Source: an uncultured delta proteobacterium | GTDB lineage: Bacteria; Myxococcota_A; Polyangia; Haliangiales; Haliangiaceae | DNA length: 64,000 nt | Assembly: GCA_963848295.1 (NCBI GenBank) | Contig: CAWKDB010000010.1 | Coordinates: forward strand, 320,001 to 384,000 | Reading direction: 5' to 3' | Part shown: positions 1-14,272 of the stretch, piece by piece | Numbering within the stretch: position 1 is the first letter of the stretch | How the letters are laid out: each line of letters starts with the position of its first letter | Translations under genes and position numbers: made by a program | The notes under the pieces: model-generated | What the model was told of the DNA's origin: nothing | Databases searched by the model: none | Seen by the model: the letters and a program-made list of their open reading frames with translations, nothing else

Positions 1-1675
1 CCTCGTCCTGACGGTGGTGCTTCTTGACCTCGGCGGTGCCGGTCTTGCCCATGACCGGCACGACGTCGGCGTGGCCGTGCGCGTATGCGGTGCCGCCCGG
101 CTCGTTCGTGACCTTCCACATGCCGCGCTTCCACGTGTCGAGGGCGTCCGCCGGAGTCTTGATCTTATGGGCCACGGTCGGGCCGTAGGTCGCGATCACG
201 TGGCCGTCGTTCGCTTCGATCCGCTCGACGACCTGCGGGACGTACAGCGTGCCGCCGTTCGCGATCGCGGCGTAGGCCATCGCCATCTGCAACGGGGTCA
301 CCTCGACATCGCCTTGACCGATCGCGGCATTCATCGCGTAGCCGACCTTGTAGCGCGTGTGTTGCTCGTACCAAGCCTTCGTCGGCACGAGCCCGGCGGA
401 GTCGCCGTTGATCCCGAGGTTCGTCGGCGAGCCGAGGCCGTACTCGCGAGCGACCTCCGCGATGCGATCGAGGCCGACGTTTTCGGCGAGATGCCAGAAG
501 TAGACATCGCACGAGTGCTGGATCGCGCCGAGCAAGTCGAGCTTGCCGTGCGTGCCGTCACAGTGGAAGTGCGTGCCCGAGATCTCGTACTCGCCGTTGC
601 AGAACACGGTGTCGGTCTCGGCGACCTGACCGTCTTCGAGAGCGGCGAACGCTGTCGCGAACTTGAAGATCGATCCGGGCGGATAGGTCGCGCGCAACGC
701 CTTGTCGATGAAAGGCTTGCGCGGGTCGTCCGTCAGCAGCGTGTACTCGGCCTTCGTCAGGTGGCCGGTCATCACGTTCGGATCGAACGACGGCTTGCTG
801 ACGACCGCGAGGAGCTTGCCGGTCGAGGGCTCGACGATCACGACCGCGGAGGCCTGGACGTGCGCGACCGCTTTCTCCGCGATCTTCTGGAGCTCGCTGT
901 CGATCGTGAGCACGAGGTTCGCGCCGGGGGTCGCTTCATCGACGCGTTGGCCGTCGATCAGCCCCGCGGCGGTCTTCTCGTCGAGCCGTTGCCCGCGCGC
1001 GTCGACCGCGTAGTGCTCCTTGCCCTTCTTGCCGCGCAGGTAGTTCTCGAACGCCGCTTCGAGCCCGGCCCTACCGACGAGCTCGCTCGGATCGTAGTTT
1101 TGCTGGGCCAGCCGATCGACCTCGTCGGCCTTCATCTGCGTCATGTAGCCGATCAGGTGGGCGGCGAGCTCGCCTTGAGGGTAGTACCGATACGGCTCGT
1201 GCCGGACCTCGACCCCGGGCAACCGGCCGAGCGCCTGCTCGACGAGCGCGGCGCGATCGCGACCCTGATCTTCGAGGACGAGCACGGGCTGCTTCGGGTC
1301 TCGCTTCGTCCCGACCTCGAGCCGAGCGTCGATCGAAGCGACCTCGTCGTCGGACAGCCCGAGCATCCGCGTCAGATCGGCCTCGACGTCTTTCGTGAGC
1401 AGCCTCGGCGTCGCGTACAGGTTGAACGCCGGCCGATTGTCGGCGAGCGGGACGCCGTTGCGATCGAGGATCTTGCCGCGCACCGACGGCAAGTAGCGCT
1501 CCTTGACCACGTTCGACACGGTGCGCTCGAAGTAGCTGTCGCCGCGGATGACTTGGAGTTGCCACAGCCGGCCGACGAGCAGAAAGAACGTCACGACCAC
1601 GACGAGCGCGACCCAGCGCAGCCGGCGCCGCAGCTCCGGTAACGCAGGTCCACCGCGCGACGACTCGTGCAGCAT
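1..1675 (-). CDS. mrdA: Penicillin-binding protein 2 (partial, runs off the left edge)
   Basis: Minus-strand frame starts at ATG 1675, overlapping the mreD stop (TGATG). Translation has an N-terminal TM, the catalytic YPPGSIFK (SxxK) and HSCDVYF motifs, and lies directly after mreBCD. Confidence 0.93.
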   Translation of the reverse strand, partial: MLHESSRGGPALPELRRRLRWVALVVVVTFFLLVGRLWQLQVIRGDSYFERTVSNVVKERYLPSVRGKILDRNGVPLADNRPAFNLYATPRLLTKDVEADLTRMLGLSDDEVASIDARLEVGTKRDPKQPVLVLEDQGRDRAALVEQALGRLPGVEVRHEPYRYYPQGELAAHLIGYMTQMKADEVDRLAQQNYDPSELVGRAGLEAAFENYLRGKKGKEHYAVDARGQRLDEKTAAGLIDGQRVDEATPGANLVLTIDSELQKIAEKAVAHVQASAVVIVEPSTGKLLAVVSKPSFDPNVMTGHLTKAEYTLLTDDPRKPFIDKALRATYPPGSIFKFATAFAALEDGQVAETDTVFCNGEYEISGTHFHCDGTHGKLDLLGAIQHSCDVYFWHLAENVGLDRIAEVAREYGLGSPTNLGINGDSAGLVPTKAWYEQHTRYKVGYAMNAAIGQGDVEVTPLQMAMAYAAIANGGTLYVPQVVERIEANDGHVIATYGPTVAHKIKTPADALDTWKRGMWKVTNEPGGTAYAHGHADVVPVMGKTGTAEVKKHHRQDE

Positions 1676-2217
1676 CAGGGCGCCAAGCCTTCGAGCGCCG
1701 CGTCGCGCTCGCGATGCGTGCGTGCGTAGGCGGCGTCGATCCGTTTGAATACCCGCCATACGAGCGGGCCGATCACCGCCGTCGCGATCGTGACGAGTGC
1801 GGCGTGGCGCAGCTCGACCGACCAGCTCGCGCGCGGGACGTGATAGAGCGCGCGGATGACGAGCGCGAAGATCGCGGCGACCAGCGCGACGAACGCCGAG
1901 AACGCCATCGTCATCGCCGTGCCGCGGACGTAGATCCGCTGCTGGACGCCGCGCGCGACGAGGCACGCGAGCCCGAGCACGAGCGCGCACAAGCCGGGAG
2001 GCGCGCCCGAGACCAGGTCGATGAAATAGCCGAGCAGGACCGAGCCCGCGACCGCCGGCGCGACGCCCCGCCGCGCGGTGAGCCCGAGGTAAGCCGCGGT
2101 GAGCGCGCCGAGATCCGGCACCGCATCGTAGATCGGCCCGAACGCGACGAGCCGCCACGCCGCCGCGACGACCACGCACAGCGTGTAAGCGACGAGCACG
2201 ATCGTCGCGTTGCGCAC
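1675..2217 (-). CDS. mreD: Rod shape-determining protein MreD
   Basis: 180-aa multi-TM protein with LLGYFIDLVSG motif, between mreC and mrdA. Confidence 0.88.
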   Translation of the reverse strand: MRNATIVLVAYTLCVVVAAAWRLVAFGPIYDAVPDLGALTAAYLGLTARRGVAPAVAGSVLLGYFIDLVSGAPPGLCALVLGLACLVARGVQQRIYVRGTAMTMAFSAFVALVAAIFALVIRALYHVPRASWSVELRHAALVTIATAVIGPLVWRVFKRIDAAYARTHRERDAALEGLAP

Positions 2218-3122
2218 TACAGCGCCCTCGCGCCGAAAGCGGGCTCGCTGCGCTTCTTGGTCTTCGCGTCGGGATCGACCGGCGGCAGCGGCGCGAGCAG
2301 CACGAGCGCGGTGCGGACGCGTGAGACGTCGACCGCCGGCTCGACCTCGACTTGCTGGAACATCCCGTCATCGCGCGCGACCTTGCTGACCTTGCCGACG
2401 ACGAGCCCGGGCGGGAAGCTCGCGCCGAGTCCGGAGGTCACGACCTCATCGCCGACCTTGATCTTGTCCTCGGGCTTGGCCTGGCGCTCGAGCCATTCGA
2501 TCGCGCACGCATAGGAGTCGGGCCGGCCTAGCCCGGTCAGCATGCCGCGACCACCGGTGCGCGGAATGACGACCTCGATCGACGATGCGGGGTCGCTGAT
2601 CAGCGTGACGTCGGCGTAGTCGCTGTAGACCTTGTCGATGCGACCGACCGGTCCGGTGCCGACGATCACCGGCATCCCCGGCGCGACGTCCTTGTCGCCG
2701 CGATCGATGCGAATGCGCAGCACGCGAAACTGCGGCGACAACGGCGCACCGATGACGCGCGCGCCGACGGTGTCAGCCGGTGTCTCGCGCTTGACGACCG
2801 CGAGATCTTCGAGCGCGGACGCATCGAAAGCGCGACGCGACATCGTCGCCAGCTGTTTGCGCAGGTCGTCGTTCTCGGCGCGCAGCTCGCGATTCTCGCC
2901 TTCGACGTCGACGAGCGCGACGTAGCGCGACCAGATCCCGCCGATCCCACCGACGACCCAGGTCACGCCGGCCTCGAGCGGGGCGGTGATCCGCAGCAGC
3001 GCGCGGTCGATCCCCGACGGCTGACCGCGCGACAGGCTCGCGCGCAACACGAGCGCGGGCATCACGATCAACAGGCCGACGAGCGACCAGTCGACCAACC
3101 GGCGCTGGAGGGTCATCGCCAT
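2217..3122 (-). CDS. mreC: Rod shape-determining protein MreC
   Basis: N-terminal TM, coiled coil ENRELRAEN, IDRG..GMPV, GDEVVTSGLG..FPPGLVVG, VEVEPAVD motifs. Confidence 0.95.
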   Translation of the reverse strand: MAMTLQRRLVDWSLVGLLIVMPALVLRASLSRGQPSGIDRALLRITAPLEAGVTWVVGGIGGIWSRYVALVDVEGENRELRAENDDLRKQLATMSRRAFDASALEDLAVVKRETPADTVGARVIGAPLSPQFRVLRIRIDRGDKDVAPGMPVIVGTGPVGRIDKVYSDYADVTLISDPASSIEVVIPRTGGRGMLTGLGRPDSYACAIEWLERQAKPEDKIKVGDEVVTSGLGASFPPGLVVGKVSKVARDDGMFQQVEVEPAVDVSRVRTALVLLAPLPPVDPDAKTKKRSEPAFGARAL

Positions 3123-3129
3123 CCGGTGG

Positions 3130-6408
<3,279 letters not shown>

Positions 6409-6442
6409 GCAACCAGTCGAGCTTCTTGGTACCTTCGTAGCC

Positions 6443-9400
6443 GTGCTCGAGGCGACCGCCGGATCGCGGCGGCTACCATTTACTTTCCAGGCGCCCGGAG
6501 GGGTCGGTCGGCTCTCGCTGACCGACCTCGATGTCGGCGCGCTGACGATCGATCAGCTCGAGCTCGAGGTCTCCGAGCTCGGAACCGCGCCGGGTCCGAC
6601 CACAGCGGCCGAGCGCTTTCAGCGGCGACGCACCCGGCTGCGCGCGCTCACCATCCGCACGAGTGCCGCGGCGATCGACGCGCGACTCGACGCGATCAGC
6701 CGTCACCTCGCCGGGCTCGGCATCACCGGCGCCGCCGCTCGGCTCGGCGATGGCTTCGTATCGATTCGCGCGCGCGCGGCGGACGGCTTGGCGACCGCGG
6801 ATGTCTCGTTCCGGATCGAGCTCGTCCCCGCCGGCGTCCACCTCCGCGCGATCGCGAGCCACATCCGGGTCCACGGCCACCTGCCCACGCCGGGCCCGGT
6901 GATCGCCGATCGCATCCTCGTCGCGTTGTTCGCCGCGACCGATGTACCGGGGATGGCCGAACGCCCGCACTCGCGCGGGCTGTGCGACATCGAGGTCGAT
7001 CTGATCGGCGCGCTGCTGTGGCACCTGATGCCGCCGGCCGGCTGGCGGCTCCCGGCGACGAGCGATGTCGAGCTCGTGCACCTGCGCATCGCGCGGACCG
7101 GGATCGAGGTCGGCTTTGGCCCTTCGGGATCGCGAACCGGCGAGCTCGGCGTGCGCGCGCAGGCGTTGCAGCTCGCGTCGACTCACGACCTGATGCATTC
7201 CGCCGACGATCAAGTGCGCGCCGGTCACGTCGAAGAGGCGATGCGCGGCTATCGCGCGCTGTTGGCGGCAGGCGGTCCGGATCAGCCGCTGTTGCTCGAG
7301 CGCATCCTCGCGCTCGCGGCGGCGCGCCCGGCCTGGTATTTCGACGGGCTCGAGCTCGCCCGCCAAGCGCTGCGCCGCTGGCCGCAATTCGGCGCTGCGC
7401 ACGCGGCGCTCGGCTCGATCACGCTCGCGCAGGGCGATGCTCGCGAGGCGGCGCGCCACCTGACCGAGCTCGCGCAGCTCGCGAGCGCCGAGGTCGACGA
7501 CGATCAGGCCGCGCTCGCCGCGCTCGCCGGCGCACGGTTGCTCCGCGTCCTCGATCCGCGCTCCGCGACCGCGTTGTACGAGCTCGCGCTCGAGCACGAT
7601 CCGAGCTCGGCCGAGGCCGCGGATGCGCTCGCCGATCGGCTCGGCGACGAGCAACGTTGGACCGAGCTCGTGCGGTTGTTGCGATCGCGAGCGGTCGAGG
7701 CCGACAACGTGCGCGCGGTCGAGCTGCGGTTGCGCCTGGCCGACGTGCTCGTCCACCGCCTCAACGATCCCCTCGGCGCACATCACGAGCTCGATACCGC
7801 GCGATCGCTGGCACCGAACGACCCGGCGGTGTTCGAGATGACCGCGATGATCCTCGCGGCGAGCGATCCGAAAGCTGCGGTCGAGGCCTGGCGCGATGTG
7901 GCTCGGCTCGCCGCCGATCGCGAGGACCATCGCACCGGGGCCCGCGCGTTCGCGATGATCGGCGAGCTGCTGTCCGCCGATGAAGCGACCGACGAGGCTA
8001 TGTCCGCGTGGACGCGTGCGCTCGAGCTCGATCCGCTCCAGCACGCCGCGATCGCGGGGCTCGCTGGACTCGCCGCGGCCAAGGGCGACCACCTGGTCGC
8101 GGCCGACCTCTATCAACGACTGCGCGGCACCGGGCTCGCGCAGAGCTCCGCGGCGCGCTACGAGCTGCTGCTCGCGCGCTCGCTGGTCATGCTCGGCCTG
8201 ATGGACGAAGCGCGCGCGAGCCTCCGGCGCGCGACCGTCGGTGGTGGCGAGACCGCGGCTGAAGCGCATGCCGTGCTCGCCGAGATTGCCGAGGCCGGCT
8301 TCGATCGCGATCACGCGGTCGGCGAGCTCGACACCGCGATCGGCTCGCTCGTCGAGCTCGCGCGCGAGTCGATCGCCGAAGCGGAGCTCGGTGGCGGTGC
8401 ACCGGAGGCCGACCGGCTCTATGCCCGCGCCGCCGAGCTCGCGATGTTGCGCGCGACGTTGCTCGATCAGGCCGGTCACGCCGATCAAGCCACCGGCGAT
8501 TGGGCACGCGCGCACGAGCTCGCGGGCAGCCACGCTCCGCACATCGCACGCGAGGCGGCACGGACGATGTTGTCCCGCGCTGCGGGAGGCCACGCCGAGC
8601 GCAAGTGGATCGACGGCGTGCTCGCGACCGAACCGCCGGCTCCCGAGCGCGCCGCGCTGCTCGTCCATCGCGCCGACGTGCGACGCCACGAGCCGACGCC
8701 GGATCTCGTCGCGGCGGTCGCCGATCTGCGGGAGGCGATCGCCGCGATCGAAGGCCTCACCGACGACAGCCCGAGCCACACCCGCCGCCGCGCCTACCAG
8801 CTCGAGGCCGAGCTGCTCGCGCTGTCGGGCGATCGCCGCGCTCGTGCCCAAGCGCTCGCCGCGCTCGCGCGCATGGCCGATCGAGCGATCGACAAGGTCG
8901 CGGTCGAGACCGCCGCCGCCGCCGCGTGGCTCGAGGCCGACGAGCCGACCGCCGCCCTGCCCCACGCAGCGCGCGCGCACGCCGAGCTCCCCGTCGATGC
9001 GTCGCCGGCGCTGCGTCGCGATGTGCTGGTGACGCTCGGGGAAGCGGCGTGGCGACAGCGCGCGTGGCCCGATGTGATCCGCGCCTATCGCGGGCTCGTC
9101 GCGGACGCAGGCGTCGAGCCCGTCGATCGCGGGACCTATCGCTATCGGCTCGCGGTCGGAGCCGATCGCAGCGGCGACGCCGAGCTCGCGCTCGAGTCGC
9201 TGCGTGCGCTCGTGATTCCGGCGAGCGACGACGACGCGCGCGCGACGCCGCCCGAGATCCGCGGCAAGGCGTTACGGCTGTACGCCGACCTGGCCGAGCG
9301 GTCCGGTGACCTCGGCGCTGCAGCGACCGCACTCGAAGCATTCGCGAACGTCGCGGCAGAGTCGACGCCGAGCGCGCGCGCGGACGCGATGTACCGCGCG

Positions 9401-12400
9401 GGCGAGCTATTCCGGCGCGCGAACCGCCCGGACGATGCGGTGCGCTGTCTCGAAGGCGCGCTGCGGATCTCCGAGACTCACTTGCCCGCGCTCGATGCGC
9501 TCGAGCTCGCGTGGCGCGAGCGCGGTGATCTCGAACGCGTCTCGGTGATCCTCGGCCGCAAGGTCGCGGCGACGGCGCGTCATCCGCAGCGCCAGAAGCC
9601 GCTGCTGTCGCGCCTCGGCGATCTCCAGGATCAACTCGGCCGGCCGGAGGTCGCGCTCGCGACGCACCAGCGCGCGCTCGAGATCGACTCGACATGGCGG
9701 CCGTCGCTGCGCTACGTGACGAGCCGGCTCCAAGCAGACGGGGCGATCGTCGCGGCGGTCGAAGGCGTGGCCCAGCTCGCGGGCGAGCTACCAGGTGATA
9801 GCGGCGCCGACGGTGCGGTCGTCGGACGCGAACGCCAGCTCGCGGCACAAGCGCTCGCCGAGCTCGTCGGCCGGCTCGATCCCGGTCAGCTGGCGGCGGT
9901 CGGTCCGTTCGCTCGCCCCGCGCTCGAGCGCGCCGCCGCCAGCGGCGCTGACGTCGCGAGCGCACTCGCGCGCTTGCGCGGCGAACCGGCACCGCGCGCA
10001 CCGACCGGCGACTCCGAAGAAAACACGCAGAGCGGCCGGTCGCGCGCCGCCGCTGGTGGCGCGCTGTCGTTGCGCGATGCCGCCGCGCGCTCGCGCGCCG
10101 CGGGCAAGCTCGACGATGCGCTCGCATCGCTCGAGACCGCGAATCACGTCTCGCCCGGTGACGTCAGCGTCTTGCGCGAGCTCGTCGACGTCGCCTCCGA
10201 GGCCGGCGACTATCGCGCCGCCGCTCGCCACATCGCCGCGCTCGCGGGAGCGCAGTCCGGGGCCCGCCGCGCCGATACGTTGCTCGAGCTCGCGGATCTA
10301 TTTTACGACCAACTCGACGACGCCAGCGCCGCGCGCAGCACGATGCGCGATGCCGCCGACGAGCTCGGCCCGGGGGCGCGACGCGACGCGACCCTGCGCA
10401 TGCTCGCGAGTGAGTCCGCGACCCATCTCGCCTGGGATACCGCGGTCGATGCGCTGGGCGCGATCGCCGATGATCGCCGCACGGCCGCCGATATCATCCA
10501 ACTCGCGACTGCGTTGTTGCGCGCAGGGCGACCGCTCGATGCCGCGATGCTCGCCGAGCAGAACGCCGAGCTGCTGGCCGATGACGGCATGCTCGCGCGC
10601 GACATGCGTGCCGAGGTCGCTCGCCGCGAATCGCTCGAGCGCAACCCGACGCACGACTTCCCCGCCCCGGTCGTGCTCGACGCCGCCGCCCGGGAGCTCG
10701 AGTCCGCCGATCTCGAGCCCGCCGACGAGCCGGTTGACCGACCGGGCGGTTCCTTCGACAGCGTCGCCGCACTCGAGGACATCGCGAGCACCGCGACCGG
10801 GCGCGAACAGGCGGCCGCGCTTCACGATCTCGCGCTGATCGCGCGCGGCTCGCGCGATCCGATCCGCGCCGCGGCGTTGTGGACCAAGGCGCATCGCGTG
10901 GACCCGGATTACCCGCCGGTGTGGATGCCGCTTGCCGACGCGCTCGTCGGTGCCGACGATCTCGACGCGGCGCGCGAGCTCTACGAACGGATCGCGGCGT
11001 CCACCGCGTACGATGCCGAGCGTCGCGCGTTTGCCGCCGATCGCGCCGAGGCGCTCGGGCATGACGACTCGATCGTCTCCGGCGAGGTCCGCAGTCGCGC
11101 CGGCTCGACCGCGCCCGAGCTCGAAGCCGCGCGCGAGCTCGCCGAAGCCGACGACCTGCAAGGCGCGATCGCCGCTGCCGAGCGTGCGGCCGCCGAGGCG
11201 CCTGACGACCCATCGGCGCTGCAATTGCTCGAGGTGCTCTACTTCGAGGCCGGCGACATCACCGCGGCCTCCGAAGCGATCGGTCGCCAGCTCGTCGCTG
11301 CCGAACAGCCCGAACAACGCGCCCTGCTGTGGCGGCGACGCGCGAAGCTCTATCGCGACGCGCTCGGCCGCGACGCCGAGGCGTACCGCTGTCTCAAGGA
11401 GGCGCACGCGTGCGCGCCGGCGGATCCAGAGATCGCGTATCAGCTGCGCACCGCGGCGATGGTGCGCGGCGAATGGGCGCTCGTCGCTTCGCTGCTCTAT
11501 CGCGAGATCGCCGCGGCCGGTAGCCCGCGCGATCGCGGCGCGCTCCACCTCGAGCTCGCGTTGATCTACGCAGAGAAGCTCGACGACCCGGCGCAGGCAC
11601 AGGTCAACTTCGAGCAAGCGCTCGCGTTCGACCCGACGATCCCGGCGGCGCGCGCACCGCTCGCCGCGCGTTACGAAGCGATCGGCCGGTACTTCGATGC
11701 AGCGCGCTTGTACGAAGAAGCGGCCAGCGCCGCGCGCCCGTCGGATCGCGCGCAACTCCTCGCGTCGGCGGCTCGCTGCCGGAGCTCCGCAAACAACGCC
11801 GCCGGTCAGTCCGAGCTCGCATCGAAGCTCGCCACCGCGGATGCCGCTGGCGAGCTCGACGCCGCGACCGATCTCGCGCACCAGCTGTGGCGCGCCGAAC
11901 CCGGTCACCCCACCGCGTTCCGCGTCCTCGCGAGCCGGCATCGCGCGGCGGGTGATCTGCCAGCGCTCAGCGAGATCACGAGCGCGTACGCGGCCCGTAG
12001 CGCCGATGCGCCGAACGCCGAACGGCTTGCGCTCGGCGGTGCGCGTGCCGCCGCCTGGCTCGATGTCGCGCGGCTCGCCGACGATCTCGGCGCGCTCGAG
12101 CAAGCGGCGCGTGCGTACGACCTCGCGCTGATCGAAGATCCGGGCCACACGCGCGCGCTCGACGCGCGCGGCGGACTCGCGTTCCGACTCGGGGACTACG
12201 CGACGGCCGATCTCATCTACCGCGACCTCAGCCCGGGCGAGAGCGAGCTCGGTGAAGACGACCTCGCGCTGCGCCGCTCGTTGATCGCGGAGCACCTCGG
12301 CCGCGACAGTGAAGCGCTCGAGCTGGCGCGGATCGCTGCGGCAGCCGCCCCGGGCCGCATCGACCTGCTCGCTCGGTTGCAGAGCCTCGCGGCGCAGATC

Positions 12401-13174
12401 GGCGAGAGCGAGGTCGCGCTGACCGCGGCGCGCAGCGTGCGCGATCTGATCTCGATCGACGACTACGAAGGCCAGATGCGCGCGAATTTCGCGCTCGTCG
12501 AGCTCATGCGCCAGAGCGGAGATCTCGGCGGTGCGATCGCGCTGCTCGAGGAGGTCGTTCGCGACCATCCGCTGCATGCGGTCGCACTCGATCAACTCGC
12601 CGAGCTCCACATCGCGCGCGACGAGTGGCAAGCGGCGACGCGCTATCTATTCCAGCTCGTCGCCCTCGCCCCGACGCCGGCGCAGCGCGCCGAACGCCTG
12701 TTCCGACTCGGCGAGGCGGTCGATGTCCACCTCGGCGATCGCGAGCGCGCCGACGACGTGTTCCTGCGCGCGTCGGACCTCGACCCCAGCCACGTCCCGA
12801 CGTTGCGCCGGTTGCTCGACGTCTACTGGCGCAACGACGATCCCGCCGCGCTCGTCGAGGTCGCGACCGAGCTCGCGTCCGCCGGTGGCCTCGTCAAGGG
12901 ACCGGTCGCTTCGAGCTCGCTCGCCCACGCACTGATCGCCGCCGCGCTCGTCGGCGACACTCCGCTCGCGACTCATCTCCTCGGCGCGCTCGGCGATGAC
13001 GCGGCCCCCGGGATCACCGGCGCGCTCGACGAGCTCTCGGATCGGCAAGGCCGGTTCGAGCTCGCGAGCGCATCGACCGCGATCGCCGAGCTCGCGCGCC
13101 GCGGCCTCGTCGACCTGGCGAAGCTGCGCGCCGCTGCGTCCGGCACGCCGGTCGCGCGCATCCTGCGCTCCTAG
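6443..13174 (+). CDS. Very large tetratricopeptide-repeat protein (~2240 aa)
   Basis: Uninterrupted ORF with many TPR-like units (ALELDP, ALEIDS, ALAFDP, ALIEDP, ASDLDP). GTG 6443 chosen as start because it follows the upstream stop and a TACCTT -10 box. Confidence 0.85.
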   Translation: MLEATAGSRRLPFTFQAPGGVGRLSLTDLDVGALTIDQLELEVSELGTAPGPTTAAERFQRRRTRLRALTIRTSAAAIDARLDAISRHLAGLGITGAAARLGDGFVSIRARAADGLATADVSFRIELVPAGVHLRAIASHIRVHGHLPTPGPVIADRILVALFAATDVPGMAERPHSRGLCDIEVDLIGALLWHLMPPAGWRLPATSDVELVHLRIARTGIEVGFGPSGSRTGELGVRAQALQLASTHDLMHSADDQVRAGHVEEAMRGYRALLAAGGPDQPLLLERILALAAARPAWYFDGLELARQALRRWPQFGAAHAALGSITLAQGDAREAARHLTELAQLASAEVDDDQAALAALAGARLLRVLDPRSATALYELALEHDPSSAEAADALADRLGDEQRWTELVRLLRSRAVEADNVRAVELRLRLADVLVHRLNDPLGAHHELDTARSLAPNDPAVFEMTAMILAASDPKAAVEAWRDVARLAADREDHRTGARAFAMIGELLSADEATDEAMSAWTRALELDPLQHAAIAGLAGLAAAKGDHLVAADLYQRLRGTGLAQSSAARYELLLARSLVMLGLMDEARASLRRATVGGGETAAEAHAVLAEIAEAGFDRDHAVGELDTAIGSLVELARESIAEAELGGGAPEADRLYARAAELAMLRATLLDQAGHADQATGDWARAHELAGSHAPHIAREAARTMLSRAAGGHAERKWIDGVLATEPPAPERAALLVHRADVRRHEPTPDLVAAVADLREAIAAIEGLTDDSPSHTRRRAYQLEAELLALSGDRRARAQALAALARMADRAIDKVAVETAAAAAWLEADEPTAALPHAARAHAELPVDASPALRRDVLVTLGEAAWRQRAWPDVIRAYRGLVADAGVEPVDRGTYRYRLAVGADRSGDAELALESLRALVIPASDDDARATPPEIRGKALRLYADLAERSGDLGAAATALEAFANVAAESTPSARADAMYRAGELFRRANRPDDAVRCLEGALRISETHLPALDALELAWRERGDLERVSVILGRKVAATARHPQRQKPLLSRLGDLQDQLGRPEVALATHQRALEIDSTWRPSLRYVTSRLQADGAIVAAVEGVAQLAGELPGDSGADGAVVGRERQLAAQALAELVGRLDPGQLAAVGPFARPALERAAASGADVASALARLRGEPAPRAPTGDSEENTQSGRSRAAAGGALSLRDAAARSRAAGKLDDALASLETANHVSPGDVSVLRELVDVASEAGDYRAAARHIAALAGAQSGARRADTLLELADLFYDQLDDASAARSTMRDAADELGPGARRDATLRMLASESATHLAWDTAVDALGAIADDRRTAADIIQLATALLRAGRPLDAAMLAEQNAELLADDGMLARDMRAEVARRESLERNPTHDFPAPVVLDAAARELESADLEPADEPVDRPGGSFDSVAALEDIASTATGREQAAALHDLALIARGSRDPIRAAALWTKAHRVDPDYPPVWMPLADALVGADDLDAARELYERIAASTAYDAERRAFAADRAEALGHDDSIVSGEVRSRAGSTAPELEAARELAEADDLQGAIAAAERAAAEAPDDPSALQLLEVLYFEAGDITAASEAIGRQLVAAEQPEQRALLWRRRAKLYRDALGRDAEAYRCLKEAHACAPADPEIAYQLRTAAMVRGEWALVASLLYREIAAAGSPRDRGALHLELALIYAEKLDDPAQAQVNFEQALAFDPTIPAARAPLAARYEAIGRYFDAARLYEEAASAARPSDRAQLLASAARCRSSANNAAGQSELASKLATADAAGELDAATDLAHQLWRAEPGHPTAFRVLASRHRAAGDLPALSEITSAYAARSADAPNAERLALGGARAAAWLDVARLADDLGALEQAARAYDLALIEDPGHTRALDARGGLAFRLGDYATADLIYRDLSPGESELGEDDLALRRSLIAEHLGRDSEALELARIAAAAAPGRIDLLARLQSLAAQIGESEVALTAARSVRDLISIDDYEGQMRANFALVELMRQSGDLGGAIALLEEVVRDHPLHAVALDQLAELHIARDEWQAATRYLFQLVALAPTPAQRAERLFRLGEAVDVHLGDRERADDVFLRASDLDPSHVPTLRRLLDVYWRNDDPAALVEVATELASAGGLVKGPVASSSLAHALIAAALVGDTPLATHLLGALGDDAAPGITGALDELSDRQGRFELASASTAIAELARRGLVDLAKLRAAASGTPVARILRS

Positions 13175-13266
13175 CGCGCCCGAACGCGCGACCTAAATCA
13201 GCTCTCGCTGTAATCGATCAAGCGATGCGGATCCCGAGCGGTGTGTCTGCCATTGCGCGAATGTTA

Positions 13267-14202
13267 CTATCGGCGCAGCTCGCGCACCCCGCGGCCGGTG
13301 ACCTTGCGGATCAGCGTCCGTAGCGTGACCGCATCGCGATAGCCGACCGCGGTCGCGACATCGTCGACGCTCGCATCGGTGCGCCGCAGTCGATCGATTG
13401 CATACTGCACGCGGAGCTCGCGCACGAACGCGACCGGTGACTTGCCCAGCACGCGTTGCAACCGGCGCTCGAGCGTACGCTCACCGGCGCCCACCGCGCG
13501 CGCCGCACCCGAAAGCGAGAACTGCGCGAGATGCCCCTTCGCCCATGCTTCGAACTTCTCGACCATCGGGTCGCCATGGGCGACGAACTCTTGGAGCACG
13601 AACTGCGCCTGCGACGTCCGCGGATCGTGCGCGAGGTGGTGCGCGGTGGTGCGCGCGAGCTGCGGGCTCGTGCGGGCGATCAGGAACACCGCGAGATCGA
13701 GATGGGCGAGCGCCGCGCCCGCCGTGATCACGCCGCGCGCATCGACGATCATGCGCGACTCGTCGAGCTCGACCTCGGGATAGCGCGCGCGAAACGTGGG
13801 AGCCAACCACCACGTCGTGGTCGCCCGCTTGCCTGCGAGCAGGCCGGCCTCGGCGACGACGAACACGCCCGAGCACGCGGCCGCGATCGTCGCGCCCGCC
13901 GCACGCCAGGCGTTCAGCTGTTCGCAGGCATCGGGGAGGTCGCGGCGCGCGAGCCGCGCGGCGATCGCATCCCCGGACAGCGCCGCGAGCCCGGGCACGA
14001 TCACGAGATCCGGTCGCTGCCGAGACCTGGGCGCGACCGGGACGGCGAGCCCGAGGCCGGTCGTGACCCGCCGCCGCACCGCGATGCGCTCGATCTCGAA
14101 CGTGCGAGCGCCGGCGAGCGCATTCGCGACCTCGAGCGTGTCGTGCAGGGTGGACAGCCCCGAATCGAACACACCGTCCAGCACGAGGATGGCGACGCGC
14201 AT
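13267..14202 (-). CDS. GlxA-family transcriptional regulator (DJ-1/PfpI + AraC HTH)
   Basis: AAACSGVFVVAEAGLLAGKRATTTWW, ITAGAALAHLDL, C-terminal ERTLERR..VATAVGYRD AraC HTH. Confidence 0.92.
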   Translation of the reverse strand: MRVAILVLDGVFDSGLSTLHDTLEVANALAGARTFEIERIAVRRRVTTGLGLAVPVAPRSRQRPDLVIVPGLAALSGDAIAARLARRDLPDACEQLNAWRAAGATIAAACSGVFVVAEAGLLAGKRATTTWWLAPTFRARYPEVELDESRMIVDARGVITAGAALAHLDLAVFLIARTSPQLARTTAHHLAHDPRTSQAQFVLQEFVAHGDPMVEKFEAWAKGHLAQFSLSGAARAVGAGERTLERRLQRVLGKSPVAFVRELRVQYAIDRLRRTDASVDDVATAVGYRDAVTLRTLIRKVTGRGVRELRR

Positions 14203-14272
14203 GTCGGAAACGGTACCATCGTTGTCGATTCCGCCTCTAGAGCAATCGCGAGGCCTTGGCTAGGTTGTGGTC

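Noticed and set aside
14..1642. Long ORFs antisense to or overlapping real genes (e.g. 14-1642 +, 6473-8980 -, 10298-12631 -, 15612-17201 -, 17968-19560 -, 33604-35481 -, 58343-60232 +)
   Set aside because: Shadow frames typical of very high GC3 DNA; Arg/Ala-rich with no motifs, and the opposite strand holds recognisable proteins.
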